Below are positions 13,900 to 27,210 of a DNA stretch of 64,000 bases, piece by piece. Origin of the DNA: Azolla caroliniana (lineage: Eukaryota > Plantae > Polypodiophyta). The stretch is taken from the NCBI GenBank assembly GCA_043228905.1, contig JBHGNT010000134.1, positions 1 to 64,000 of the forward strand, given 5' to 3'. How positions within the stretch are numbered: the first letter of the stretch is position 1; every line of letters begins with the position of its first letter. Under the pieces are notes generated by a model. It saw nothing but the letters and a program-made list of their open reading frames with translations. It did not search any database and had not been told where the DNA came from. A program made the position numbers and the translations under genes.

Positions 13900-16140
13900 A
13901 ATTAAAAAATGAAGATTTTGAAACTCAGGTCGAGAGACATGACGAAATTACCAAATTTGAGGAGGGAGTTGAGAGGAGCCCTTGAGTAAATTAAAATGTT
14001 CATACCTGGCGAGTGTGATATCGGATTTTTGTGTTCAAACTTGCGAATCGAAGCTAACAACGCTAGCTATCATCTGGAATTAAAAAATCAAGATTTTGAA
14101 ACTCAGGTCGAGAGACATGACGAAATTACCAAATTTGAGGAGGGAGTTTAGAGGAGCTAGTAGGTAAATTAAAATGTTCATACCTGGCTCGTGTGATATC
14201 GGATTTTTGTTTTCAAACTTGCGAATCGAAGCTAACAACGCAGGCTATGATATGGAATTAAAAAATCAAGATTTTGAAACTCAGGTCGAGAGACATGACG
14301 AAATTACCACATTTGAGGAGGGAGTTCAAAGGATCCCTTGAGTAAAGGAAAATGTTCATACCTGGCGAGTGTGATATCGGATTTTTGTGTTCAAACTTGC
14401 GAATCGAAGCTAACAACGCTAGCTATGATATGGAATTAAAAAATCAAGATTTTAAAACTCAGGTCGAGAGACATGACGAAATTACCACATTTGAGGAGGG
14501 AGTTCAGAGGAGCTCTTGAGTAAATTAAAATGTTCATACCTGGCGAGTGTGATATCGGATTTTTGTGTTCAAACATGTGAATCGAAGGTAACAACGCTAG
14601 CTATGATATGGAATTAAACATTCAAGATTTTGAAACTCAGGTCGAGAGACATGACGAAATTACCACATTTGAGGAGGGAGTTCAGAGGAGCTCTTGAGTA
14701 AATTAAAATGTTCATACCTGGCGAGTGTGATATCGGATTTTTGTGTTCAAACATGCGAATCGAAGCTAACAACGTTAGCTATGATATGGAATTAAACATT
14801 CAAGATTTTGAAACTCAAGTCGAGAGACATGACGAAATTACCAAATTTTAGGAGGGAGTTCAGAGGAGCTCTTGAGTAAATTAAAATGTTCATACCTAGC
14901 GAGTGTGATATCGGATTTTTGTGTTCAAACTTGCGAATCGAAGCTAACAACGCTAGCTATGATATGGAATTAAAAAATCAAGATTTTGAAACTAAGGTCG
15001 AGAGACATGACCAAATTACCAAATTTAAGGAATGAGTTGAGAAGAGCTAGTAGGTAAATTAAAATGTTCATACCTGGCTCGTGTGATATCGGATTTTTGT
15101 GTTCAAACATGCGAATCGAAGCTAACAACGCTAGCTATGATATGGAGTTAAAAAATCAAGATTTGGAAACTCAGGTCGAGAGACATGACGAAATTACCAA
15201 ATTTGAGGAGGGAGTTGAGAGGAGCCCTTTAGTAAATTAAAATGTTCATACCTGGCGAGTGTGATATCGGATTTTTGTGTTCCAACTTGCGAATCGAAGC
15301 TAACAACGCAGGCTATGATATGGAATTAAACATCCTAGATTTTGAAACTCAGGTCGAGAGACATGACGAAATTACCACATTTGAGGAGGGAGTTCAGAGG
15401 AGCTCTTGAGTAAATTAAAATGTTCATACCTGGCGAGTGTGATATCGGATTTTTGTGTTCAAACATGCGAATCGAAGCTAACAACGCTAGCTATGATATG
15501 GAATTAAAAAATCAAGATTTTGAAACTCAGGTCGAGAGACATGACGAAATTACCACATTTGAGGAGGGAGTTGAGAGGAGCTCTTGAGTAAATTAAAATG
15601 TTCATACCTGGCGAGTGTGATATCGGATTTTTGTTTTCAAACTTGTGAATCGAAGCTAACAACGCAGGCTATGATATGGAATTAAAAAATCAAGATTTTG
15701 AAACTCAGGTCGAGAGACATGACGAAATTACCACATTTGAGGAGGGAGTTCAAAGGAGCCCTTGAGTAAAGGAAAATGTTCATACCTGGCGAGTGTGATA
15801 TCGGATTTTTGTGTTCAAACATGCGAATCGAAGCTAACAACGCTAGCTATGATATGGAATTAAACATTCAAGATTTTGAAACTCAGGTCGAGAGACATGA
15901 CGAAATTACGACATTTGAGGAGGGAGTTCAGAGGAGGTCTTGAGTAAATTAAAATGTTCATACCTGGCGAGTGTGATATCGGATTTTTGTGTTCAAACAT
16001 GGAATCGAAGCTAACAACGCTAGCTATGATATGGAATTAAAAAATCAAGATTTTGAAACTCAGGTCGAGAGACATGACGAAATTACCACATTTGAGGAGG
16101 GAGTTCAGAGGAGCTCTTGAGTAAATTAAAATGTTCATAC
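13900..16140 (+). repeat. Dispersed copy of block ~3580-5820 (offset 10320 bp, 58 monomers)
   Basis: Sequence lines from 13921 match those from 3601. GGATCC at 4011 and 14331; CGAAATTACG at 5581 and 15901. Confidence 0.88.
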
Positions 16141-18349
16141 CTGGCTCGTGTGATATCGGATTTTTGTGTTCAAACCTGCGAATCGAAGCTAACAACGCTA
16201 GCTATGATATGGAATTAAAAAATCAAGATTTTGAAACTCAGGTCAAGAGACATGACGAAATTACCAAATTTCAGGAGGGAGTTGAGAGGAGCACTTGAGT
16301 AAATTAAAATGTTCATACCTAGCGAGTGTGATATTGGATTTTTGTTTTCAAACCTCCGAATCGAAGCTAACAACGCAGGCTATGATATGGAATTAGAAAA
16401 TCAAGATTTTGAAACTCAGGTCGAGAGACATGACGAAATTACCACATTTGAGGAGGGAGTTCAGAGGAGCTCTTGAGTAAATTAAAATGTTCATACCTGG
16501 CGAGTGTGATATCGGATTTTTGTGTTCAAACTTGCGAATCGAAGCTAATAACGCTAGCTATGATATGGAATTAAAAAATCAAGATTTTGAAACTCAGGTC
16601 GAGAGACATGACGAAATTACCACATTTGAGGAGGGAGTTGAGAGGAGCTCTTGAGTAAATTAAAATGTTCATACCTGGCGAGTGTGATATCGGATTTTTG
16701 TGTTCAAACTTGCGAATCGAAGCTAACAACGCTAGCTATGATATGGAATTAAAAAATCAAGATTTTGAAACTAAGGTCGAGAGACATGACCAAATTACCA
16801 AATTTAAGGAATGAGTTGAGAAGAGCTAGTAGGTAAATTAAAATGTTCATACCTGGCTCGTGTGATATCGGATTTTTGTGTTCAAACATGCGAATCGAAG
16901 CTAACAACGCTAGCTATGATATGGAGTTAAAAAATCAAGATTTGGAAACTCAGGTCGAGAGACATGACGAAATTACCAAATTTGAGGAGGGAGTTGAGAG
17001 GAGCTCTTGAGTAAATTAAAATGTTCATACCTAGCGAGTGTGATATCGGATTTTTGTGTTCAAACTTGCGAATCGAAGCTAACAACGCTAGCTATGATAT
17101 GGAATTAAAAAATCAAGATTTTGAAACTCAGGTCGAGAGACATGACGAAATTACCAAATTTAAGGTATTAGTTGAGAAGAGCTAGTACGTAAATTAAAAT
17201 GTTCATACCTGGCTCGTGTGATATCGCATTTTTGTGTTCAAACATGTGAATCGAAGCTAACAACGCTAGCTATGATATGGAATTAAAAAATCAAGATTTT
17301 AAAACTCAGGTCGAGAGACATGACGAAATTACCAAATTTGAGGAATGAGTTGAGAAGAGCTAGTACGTAAATTAAAATGTTCATACCTGGCGAGTGTGAT
17401 ATCAGATTTTTGTGTTCAAACATGCGAATCGAAGCTAACAACGCTAGCTATGATATGGAATTAAAAAATCAAGATTTTGAAACTCAGGTCGAGAGACATG
17501 ACGAAATTACCAAATTTAAGGTATTAGTTGAGAAGAGCTAGTAGGTAAATTAAAATGTTCATACCTGGCTCGTGTGATATCGGATGTTTGTGTTCAAATA
17601 TGCGAATCGAAGCTAACAACGCTTGCTATGATATGGAGTTAAAAAATCAAGATTTTGAATCTCAGGTCGAGAGACATGACGAAATTACCAAATTTGAGGA
17701 CTAAGTTAAGAAGAGCTAGTAGGTAAATTAAAATGTTCATACCTGGCTCGTGTGATATCGGATTTTTGTGTTCAAACATGTGAATCGAAGCTAACAACGC
17801 TAGCTATGATATGGAATTAAAAAATGAAGATTTTGAAACTCAGGTCGAGAGACATGACGAAATTACCAAATTTGAGGAGGGAGTTGAGAGGAGCCCTTGA
17901 GTAAATTAAAATGTTCATACCTGGCGAGTGTGATATCGGATTTTTGTGTTCAAACTTGCGAATCGAAGCTAACAACGCTAGCTATCATCTGGAATTAAAA
18001 AATCAAGATTTTGAAACTCAGGTCGAGAGACATGACGAAATTACCACATTTGAGGAGGGAGTTCAGAGGAGCTCTTGAGTAAATTAAAATGTTCATACCT
18101 GGCGAGTGTGATATCGGATTTTTGTGTTCAAACTTGCGAATCGAAGCTAATAACGCTAGCTATGATATGGAATTAAAAAATCAAGATTTTGAAACTCAGG
18201 TCGAGAGACATGACGAAATTACCACATTTGAGGAGGGAGTTGAGAGGAGCTCTTGAGTAAATTAAAATGTTCATACCTGGCGAGTGTGATATCGGATTTT
18301 TGTTTTCAAACTTGTGAATCGAAGCTAACAACGCAGGCTATGATATGGA

Positions 18350-21300
18350 ATCAAAAAATCAAGATTTTGAAACTCAGGTCGAGAGACATGACGAAATTAC
18401 CACATTTGAGGAGGGAGTTCAAAGGATCCCTTGAGTAAAGGAAAATGTTCATACCTGGCGAGTGTGATATCGGATTTTTGTGTTCAAACTTGCGAATCGA
18501 AGCTAACAACGCTAGCTATGATATGGAATTAAAAAATCAAGATTTTAAAACTCAGGTCGAGAGACATGACGAAATTACCACATTTGAGGAGGGAGTTCAG
18601 AGGAGCTCTTGAGTAAATTAAAATGTTCATACCTGGCGAGTGTGATATCGGATTTTTGTGTTCAAACATGTGAATCGAAGGTAACAACGCTAGCTATGAT
18701 ATGGAATGAAACATTCAAGATTTTGAAACTCAGGTCGAGAGACATGACGAAATTACCACATTTGAGGAGGGAGTTCAGAGGAGCTCTTGAGTAAATTAAA
18801 ATGTTCATACCTGGCTCGTGTGATATCGGATTTTTGTATTCAAACATGCGAATCGAAGCTAACAACGCTAGCTATGATATGGAATTAAAAAATCAAGATT
18901 TTGAAACTCAGGTCGAGAGACATGACGAAATTACCAAATTTGAGGAGGGAGTTGAGAGGAGCCCTTGAGTAAATTAAAATGTTCATACCTGGCGAGTGTG
19001 ATATCGGATTTTTGTGTTCAAACTTGCGAATCGAAGCTAACAACGCTAGCTATCATCTGGAATTAAAAAATCAAGATTTTGAAACTCAGGTCGAGAGACA
19101 TGACGAAATTACCACATTTGAGGAGTGAGGTTGGAAGAGCTAGTAGGTAAATTAAAATGTTCATACCTGGCTCGTGTGGTATCGGATGTTTGTGCTCAAA
19201 CATGCGAATCGAAGCTAACAACGCTAGCTATGATATGGAATTAAAAAATCAAGATTTTAAAACTCAGGTCGAGAGACATGACGAAATTACCACATTTGAG
19301 GAGGGAGTTCAGAGGAGCTCTTGAGTAAATTAAAATGTTCATACCTGGCGAGTGTGATATCGGATTTTTGTGTTCAAACATGTGAATCGAAGGTAACAAC
19401 GCTAGCTATGATATGGAATTAAACATTCAAGATTTTGAAACTCAGGTCGAGAGACATGACGAAATTACCACATTTGAGGAGGGAGTTCAGAGGAGCTCTT
19501 GAGTAAATTAAAATGTTCATACCTGGCGAGTGTGATATCGGATTTTTGTGTTCAAACATGCGAATCGAAGCTAACAACGTTAGCTATGATATGGAATTAA
19601 ACATTCAAGATTTTGAAACTCAAGTCGAGAGACATGACGAAATTACCAAATTTTAGGAGGGAGTTCAGAGGAGCTCTTGAGTAAATTAAAATGTTCATAC
19701 CTAGCGAGTGTGATATCGGATTTTTGTGTTCAAACTTGCGAATCGAAGCTAACAACGCTAGCTATGATATGGAATTAAAAAATCAAGATTTTAAAACTCA
19801 GGTCGAGAGACATGACGAAATTACCAAATTTGAGGAATGAGTTGAGAAGAGCTAGTACGTAAATTAAAATGTTCATACCTGGCGAGTGTGATATCAGATT
19901 TTTGTGTTCAAACATGCGAATCGAAGCTAACAACGCTAGCTATGATATGGAATTAAAAAATCAAGATTTTGAAACTCAGGTCGAGAGACATGACGAAATT
20001 ACCAAATTTAAGGTATTAGTTGAGAAGAGCTAGTAGGTAAATTAAAATGTTCATACCTGGCTCGTGTGATATCGGATGTTTGTGTTCAAATATGCGAATC
20101 GAAGCTAACAACGCTTGCTATGATATGGAGTTAAAAAATCAAGATTTTGAATCTCAGGTCGAGAGACATGACGAAATTACCAAATTTGAGGACTAAGTTA
20201 AGAAGAGCTACTAGGTAAATTAAAATGTTCATACCTGGCTCGTGTGATATCGGATTTTTGTGTTCAAACATGTGAATCGAAGCTAACAACGCTAGCTATG
20301 ATATGGAATTAAAAAATGAAGATTTTGAAACTCAGGTCGAGAGACATGACGAAATTACCAAATTTGAGGAGGGAGTTGAGAGGAGCCCTTGAGTAAATTA
20401 AAATGTTCATACCTGGCGAGTGTGATATCGGATTTTTGTGTTCAAACTTGCGAATCGAAGCTAACAACGCTAGCTATCATCTGGAATTAAAAAATCAAGA
20501 TTTTGAAACTCAGGTCGAGAGACATGACGAAATTACCAAATTTGAGGAGGGAGTTTAGAGGAGCTAGTAGGTAAATTAAAATGTTCATACCTGGCTCGTG
20601 TGATATCGGATTTTTGTTTTCAAACTTGCGAATCGAAGCTAACAACGCAGGCTATGATATGGAATTAAAAAATCAAGATTTTGAAACTCAGGTCGAGAGA
20701 CATGACGAAATTACCACATTTGAGGAGGGAGTTCAAAGGATCCCTTGAGTAAAGGAAAATGTTCATACCTGGCGAGTGTGATATCGGATTTTTGTGTTCA
20801 AACTTGCGAATCGAAGCTAACAACGCTAGCTATGATATGGAATTAAAAAATCAAGATTTTAAAACTCAGGTCGAGAGACATGACGAAATTACCACATTTG
20901 AGGAGGGAGTTCAGAGGAGCTCTTGAGTAAATTAAAATGTTCATACCTGGCGAGTGTGATATCGGATTTTTGTGTTCAAACATGTGAATCGAAGGTAACA
21001 ACGCTAGCTATGATATGGAATTAAACATTCAAGATTTTGAAACTCAGGTCGAGAGACATGACGAAATTACCACATTTGAGGAGGGAGTTCAGAGGAGCTC
21101 TTGAGTAAATTAAAATGTTCATACCTGGCGAGTGTGATATCGGATTTTTGTGTTCAAACATGCGAATCGAAGCTAACAACGTTAGCTATGATATGGAATT
21201 AAACATTCAAGATTTTGAAACTCAAGTCGAGAGACATGACGAAATTACCAAATTTTAGGAGGGAGTTCAGAGGAGCTCTTGAGTAAATTAAAATGTTCAT

Positions 21301-24300
21301 ACCTAGCGAGTGTGATATCGGATTTTTGTGTTCAAACTTGCGAATCGAAGCTAACAACGCTAGCTATGATATGGAATTAAAAAATCAAGATTTTGAAACT
21401 AAGGTCGAGAGACATGACCAAATTACCAAATTTAAGGAATGAGTTGAGAAGAGCTAGTAGGTAAATTAAAATGTTCATACCTGGCTCGTGTGATATCGGA
21501 TTTTTGTGTTCAAACATGCGAATCGAAGCTAACAACGCTAGCTATGATATGGAGTTAAAAAATCAAGATTTGGAAACTCAGGTCGAGAGACATGACGAAA
21601 TTACCAAATTTGAGGAGGGAGTTGAGAGGAGCCCTTTAGTAAATTAAAATGTTCATACCTGGCGAGTGTGATATCGGATTTTTGTGTTCCAACTTGCGAA
21701 TCGAAGCTAACAACGCAGGCTATGATATGGAATTAAACATCCTAGATTTTGAAACTCAGGTCGAGAGACATGACGAAATTACCACATTTGAGGAGGGAGT
21801 TCAGAGGAGCTCTTGAGTAAATTAAAATGTTCATACCTGGCGAGTGTGATATCGGATTTTTGTGTTCAAACATGCGAATCGAAGCTAACAACGCTAGCTA
21901 TGATATGGAATTAAAAAATCAAGATTTTGAAACTCAGGTCGAGAGACATGACGAAATTACCACATTTGAGGAGGGAGTTGAGAGGAGCTCTTGAGTAAAT
22001 TAAAATGTTCATACCTGGCGAGTGTGATATCGGATTTTTGTTTTCAAACTTGTGAATCGAAGCTAACAACGCAGGCTATGATATGGAATTAAAAAATCAA
22101 GATTTTGAAACTCAGGTCGAGAGACATGACGAAATTACCACATTTGAGGAGGGAGTTCAAAGGAGCCCTTGAGTAAAGGAAAATGTTCATACCTGGCGAG
22201 TGTGATATCGGATTTTTGTGTTCAAACATGCGAATCGAAGCTAACAACGCTAGCTATGATATGGAATTAAACATTCAAGATTTTGAAACTCAGGTCGAGA
22301 GACATGACGAAATTACGACATTTGAGGAGGGAGTTCAGAGGAGGTCTTGAGTAAATTAAAATGTTCATACCTGGCGAGTGTGATATCGGATTTTTGTGTT
22401 CAAACATGGAATCGAAGCTAACAACGCTAGCTATGATATGGAATTAAAAAATCAAGATTTTGAAACTCAGGTCGAGAGACATGACGAAATTACCACATTT
22501 GAGGAGGGAGTTCAGAGGAGCTCTTGAGTAAATTAAAATGTTCATACCTGGCGAGTGTGATATCGGATTTTTGTGTTCAAACCTGCGAATCGAAGCTAAC
22601 AACGTTAGCTATGATAAGGAATTAAACATTCAAGATTTTGAAACTCAAGTCGAGAGACATGACGAAATTACCAAATTTTAGGAGGGAGTTCAGAGGAGCT
22701 CTTGAGTAAATTAAAATGTTCATACCTAGCGAGTGTGATATCGGATTTTTGTGTTCAAACTTGCGAATCGAAGCTAACAACGCTAGCTATGATATGGAAT
22801 TAAAAAATCAAGATTTTGAAACTAAGGTCGAGAGACATGACCAAATTACAAAATTTAAGGAATGAGTTGAGAAGAGCTAGTAGGTAAATTAAAATGTTCA
22901 TACCTGGCTCGTGTGATATCGGATTTTTGTGTTCAAACATGCGAATCGAAGCTAACAACACTAGCTATGATATGGAATTAAAAAATCAAGATTTTGAAAC
23001 TCAGGTCGAGAGCCATGACGAAATTACCACATTTGAGGAGGGAGTTGAGAGGAGCACTTGAGTAAATTAAAATGTTCATACCTAGCGAGTGTGATATTGG
23101 ATTTTTGTTTTCAAACCTCCGAATCGAAGCTAACAACGCAGGCTATGATATGGAATTAGAAAATCAAGATTTTGAAACTCAGATCGAGAGCCATGACGAA
23201 ATTACCACATTTGAGGAGGGAGTTCAAAGGAGCCCTTGAGTAAATTAAAATGTTCATACCTGGCTCGTGTGATATCGGATTTTTGTGTTCAAACATGCGA
23301 ATCGAAGCTAACAACGCTAGCTATGATATGGAATTAAAAAATCAAGATTTTGAAACTCAGGTCAAGAGACATGACGAAATTACCAAATTTCAGGAGGGAG
23401 TTGAGAGGAGCACTTGAGTAAATTAAAATGTTCATACCTAGCGAGTGTGATATTGGATTTTTGTTTTCAAACCTCCGAATCGAAGCTAACAACGCAGGCT
23501 ATGATATGGAATTAGAAAATCAAGATTTTGAAACTCAGGTCGAGAGACATGACGAAATTACCACATTTGAGGAGGGAGTTCAGAGGAGCTCTTGAGTAAA
23601 TTAAAATGTTCATACCTGGCGAGTGTGATATCGGATTTTTGTGTTCAAACTTGCGAATCGAAGCTAATAACGCTAGCTATGATATGGAATTAAAAAATCA
23701 AGATTTTGAAACTCAGGTCGAGAGACATGACGAAATTACCACATTTGAGGAGGGAGTTGAGAGGAGCTCTTGAGTAAATTAAAATGTTCATACCTGGCGA
23801 GTGTGATATCGGATTTTTGTTTTCAAACTTGTGAATCGAAGCTAACAACGCAGGCTATGATATGGAATTAAAAAATCAAGATTTTGAAACTCAGGTCGAG
23901 AGACATGACGAAATTACCACATTTGAGGAGGGAGTTCAAAGGAGCCCTTGAGTAAAGGAAAATGTTCATACCTGGCGAGTGTGATATCGGATTTTTGTGT
24001 TCAAACATGCGAATCGAAGCTAACAACGCTAGCTATGATATGGAATTAAACATTGAAGATTTTGAAACTCAGGTCGAGAGACATGACGAAATTACCACAT
24101 TTGAGGAGGGAGTTCAGAGGAGGTCTTGAGTAAATTAAAATGTTCATACCTGGCGAGTGTGATATCGGATTTTTGTGTTCAAACATGGAATCGAAGCTAA
24201 CAACGCTAGCTATGATATGGAATGAAAAAATCAAGATTTTGAAACTCAGGTCGAGAGACATGACGAAATTACCACATTTGAGGAGGGAGTTCAGAGGAGC

Positions 24301-27210
24301 TCTTGAGTAAATTAAAATGTTCATACCTGGCGAGTGTGATATCGGATTTTTGTATTCAAACCTGCGAATCGAAGCTAACAACGTTAGCTATGATAAGGAA
24401 TTAAACATTCAAGATTTTGAAACTCAAGTCGAGAGACATGACGAAATTACCAAATTTTAGGAGGGAGTTCAGAGGAGCTCTTGAGTAAATTAAAATGTTC
24501 ATACCTAGCGAGTGTGATATCGGATTTTTGTGTTCAAACTTGCGAATCGAAGCTAACAACGCTAGCTATGATATGGAATTAAAAAATCAAGATTTTGAAA
24601 CTAAGGTCGAGAGACATGACCAAATTACAAAATTTAAGGAATGAGTTGAGAAGAGCTAGTAGGTAAATTAAAATGTTCATACCTAGCTCGTGTGATATCG
24701 GATTTTTGTGTTCAAACATGCGAATCGAAGCTAACAACGCTAGCTATGATATGGAGTTAAAAAATCAAGATTTGGAAACTCAGGTCGAGAGACATGACGA
24801 AATTACCAAATTTGAGGAGGGAGTTGAGAGGAGCCCTTTAGTAAATTAAAATGTTCATACCTGGCGAGTGTGATATCGGATTTTTGTGTTCCAACTTGCG
24901 AATCGAAGCTAACAACGCAGGCTATGATATGGAATTAAACATCCTAGATTTTGAAACTCAGGTCGAGAGACATGACGAAATTACCACATTTGAGGAGGGA
25001 GTTCAGAGGAGCTCTTGAGTAAATTAAAATGTTCATACCTGGCGAGTGTGATATCGGATTTTTGTGTTCAAACATGCGAATCGAAGCTAACAACGCTAGC
25101 TATGATATGGAAATAAAAATCAAGATTTTGAAACTCAGGTCGAGAGACATGACGAAATTACCACATTTGAGGAGGGAGTTGAGAGGAGCTCTTGAGTAAA
25201 TTAAAATGTTCATACCTGGCGAGTGTGATATCGGATTTTTGTTTTCAAACTTGTGAATCGAAGCTAACAACGCAGGCTATGATATGGAATTAAAAAATCA
25301 AGATTTTGAAACTCAGGTCGAGAGACATGACGAAATTACCACATTTGAGGAGGGAGTTCAAAGGAGCCCTTGAGTAAAGGAAAATGTTCATACCTGGCGA
25401 GTGTGATATCGGATTTTTGTGTTCAAACTTGCGAATCGAAGCTAACAACGCTAGCTATGATATGGAATTAAAAAATCAAGATTTTGAAACTCAGGTCGAG
25501 AGACATGACGAAATTACCACATTTGAGGAGGGAGTTCAGAGGAGCTCTTGAGTAAATTAAAATGTTCATACCTGGCGAGTGTGATATCGGATTTTTGTGT
25601 TCAAACCTGCGAATCGAAGCTAACAACGTTAGCTATGATAAGAAATTAAACATTCAAGATTTTGAAACTCAAGTCGAGAGACATGACGAAATTACCAAAT
25701 TATAGGAGGGAGTTCAGAGGAGCTCTTGAGTAAACTAAAATGTTCATACCTAGCGAGTGTGATATCGGATTTTTGTGTTCAAACTTGCGAATCGAAGCTA
25801 ACAACGCTAGCTATGATATGGAATTAAAAAATCAAGATTTTGAAACTAAGGTCGAGAGACATGACCAAATTACCAAATTTAAGGAATGAGTTGAGAAGAG
25901 CTAGTAGGTAAATTAAAATGTTCATACCTGGCTCGTGTGATATCGGATTTTTGTGTTCAAACATGCGAATCGAAGCTAACAACGCTAGCTATGATATGGA
26001 GTTAAAAAATCAAGATTTGGAAACTCAGGTCGAGAGACATGACGAAATTACCAAATTTGAGGAGGGAGTTGAGAGGAGCCCTTTAGTAAATTAAAATGTT
26101 CATACCTGGCGAGTGTGATATCGGATTTTTGTGTTCCAACTTGCGAATCGAAGCTAACAACGCAGGCTATGATATGGAATTAAACATCCTAGATTTTGAA
26201 ACTCAGGTCGAGAGACATGACGAAATTACCACATTTGAGGAGGGAGTTCAGAGGAGCTCTTGAGTAAATTAAAATGTTCATACCTGGCTCGTGTGATATC
26301 GGATTTTTGTGTTCAAACTTGCGAATCGAAGCTAACAACGCTAGCTATGATATGGAATTAAAAAATCAAGATTTTGAAACTAAGGTCGAGAGACATGACC
26401 AAATTACCAAATTTAAGGAATGAGTTGAGAAGAGCTAGTAGGTAAATTAAAATGTTCATACCTGGCTCGTGTGATATCGGATTTTTGTGTTCAAACATGC
26501 GAATCGAAGCTAACAACGCTAGCTATGATATGGAGTTAAAAAATCAAGATTTGGAAACTCAGGTCGAGAGACATGACGAAATTACCAAATTTGAGGAGGG
26601 AGTTGAGAGGAGCCCTTTAGTAAATTAAAATGTTCATACCTGGCGAGTGTGATATCGGATTTTTGTGTTCAAACATGCGAATCGAAGCTAACAACGCTAG
26701 CTATGATATGGAATTAAAAAATCAAGATTTTGAAACTCAGGTCGAGAGACATGACGAAATTACCACATTTGAGGAGGGAGTTGAGAGGAGCTCTTGAGTA
26801 AATTAAAATGTTCATACCTGGCGAGTGTGATATCGGATTTTTGTGTTCAAACTTGCGAATCGAAGCTAACAACGCTAGCTATGATATGGAATTAAAAAAT
26901 CAAGATTTTGAAACTAAGGTCGAGAGACATGGCGAAATTACCAAATTTAAGGAATGAGTTGAGAAGAGCTAGTAGGTAAATTAAAATGTTCATACCTGGC
27001 TCGTGTGATATCGGATTTTTGTGTTCAAACATGCGAATCGAAGCTAACAACGCTAGCTATGATATGGAGTTAAAAAATCAAGATTTGGAAACTCAGGTCG
27101 AGAGACATGACGAAATTACCAAATTTGAGGAGGGAGTTGAGAGGAGCCCTTTAGTAAATTAAAATGTTCATACCTGGCGAGTGTGATATCGGATTTTTGT
27201 GTTCAAACAT
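18350..27210 (+). repeat. Superblock copy of ~1620-12260, lacking 10 monomers
   Basis: Offset 16727 for GGATCC (1697/18424, 4011/20738) and GGAGTGAGG (2395/19122). The offset then becomes 14948 downstream (8011/22959, 11983/26931); the 1779-bp difference equals 10 monomers. Confidence 0.87.
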
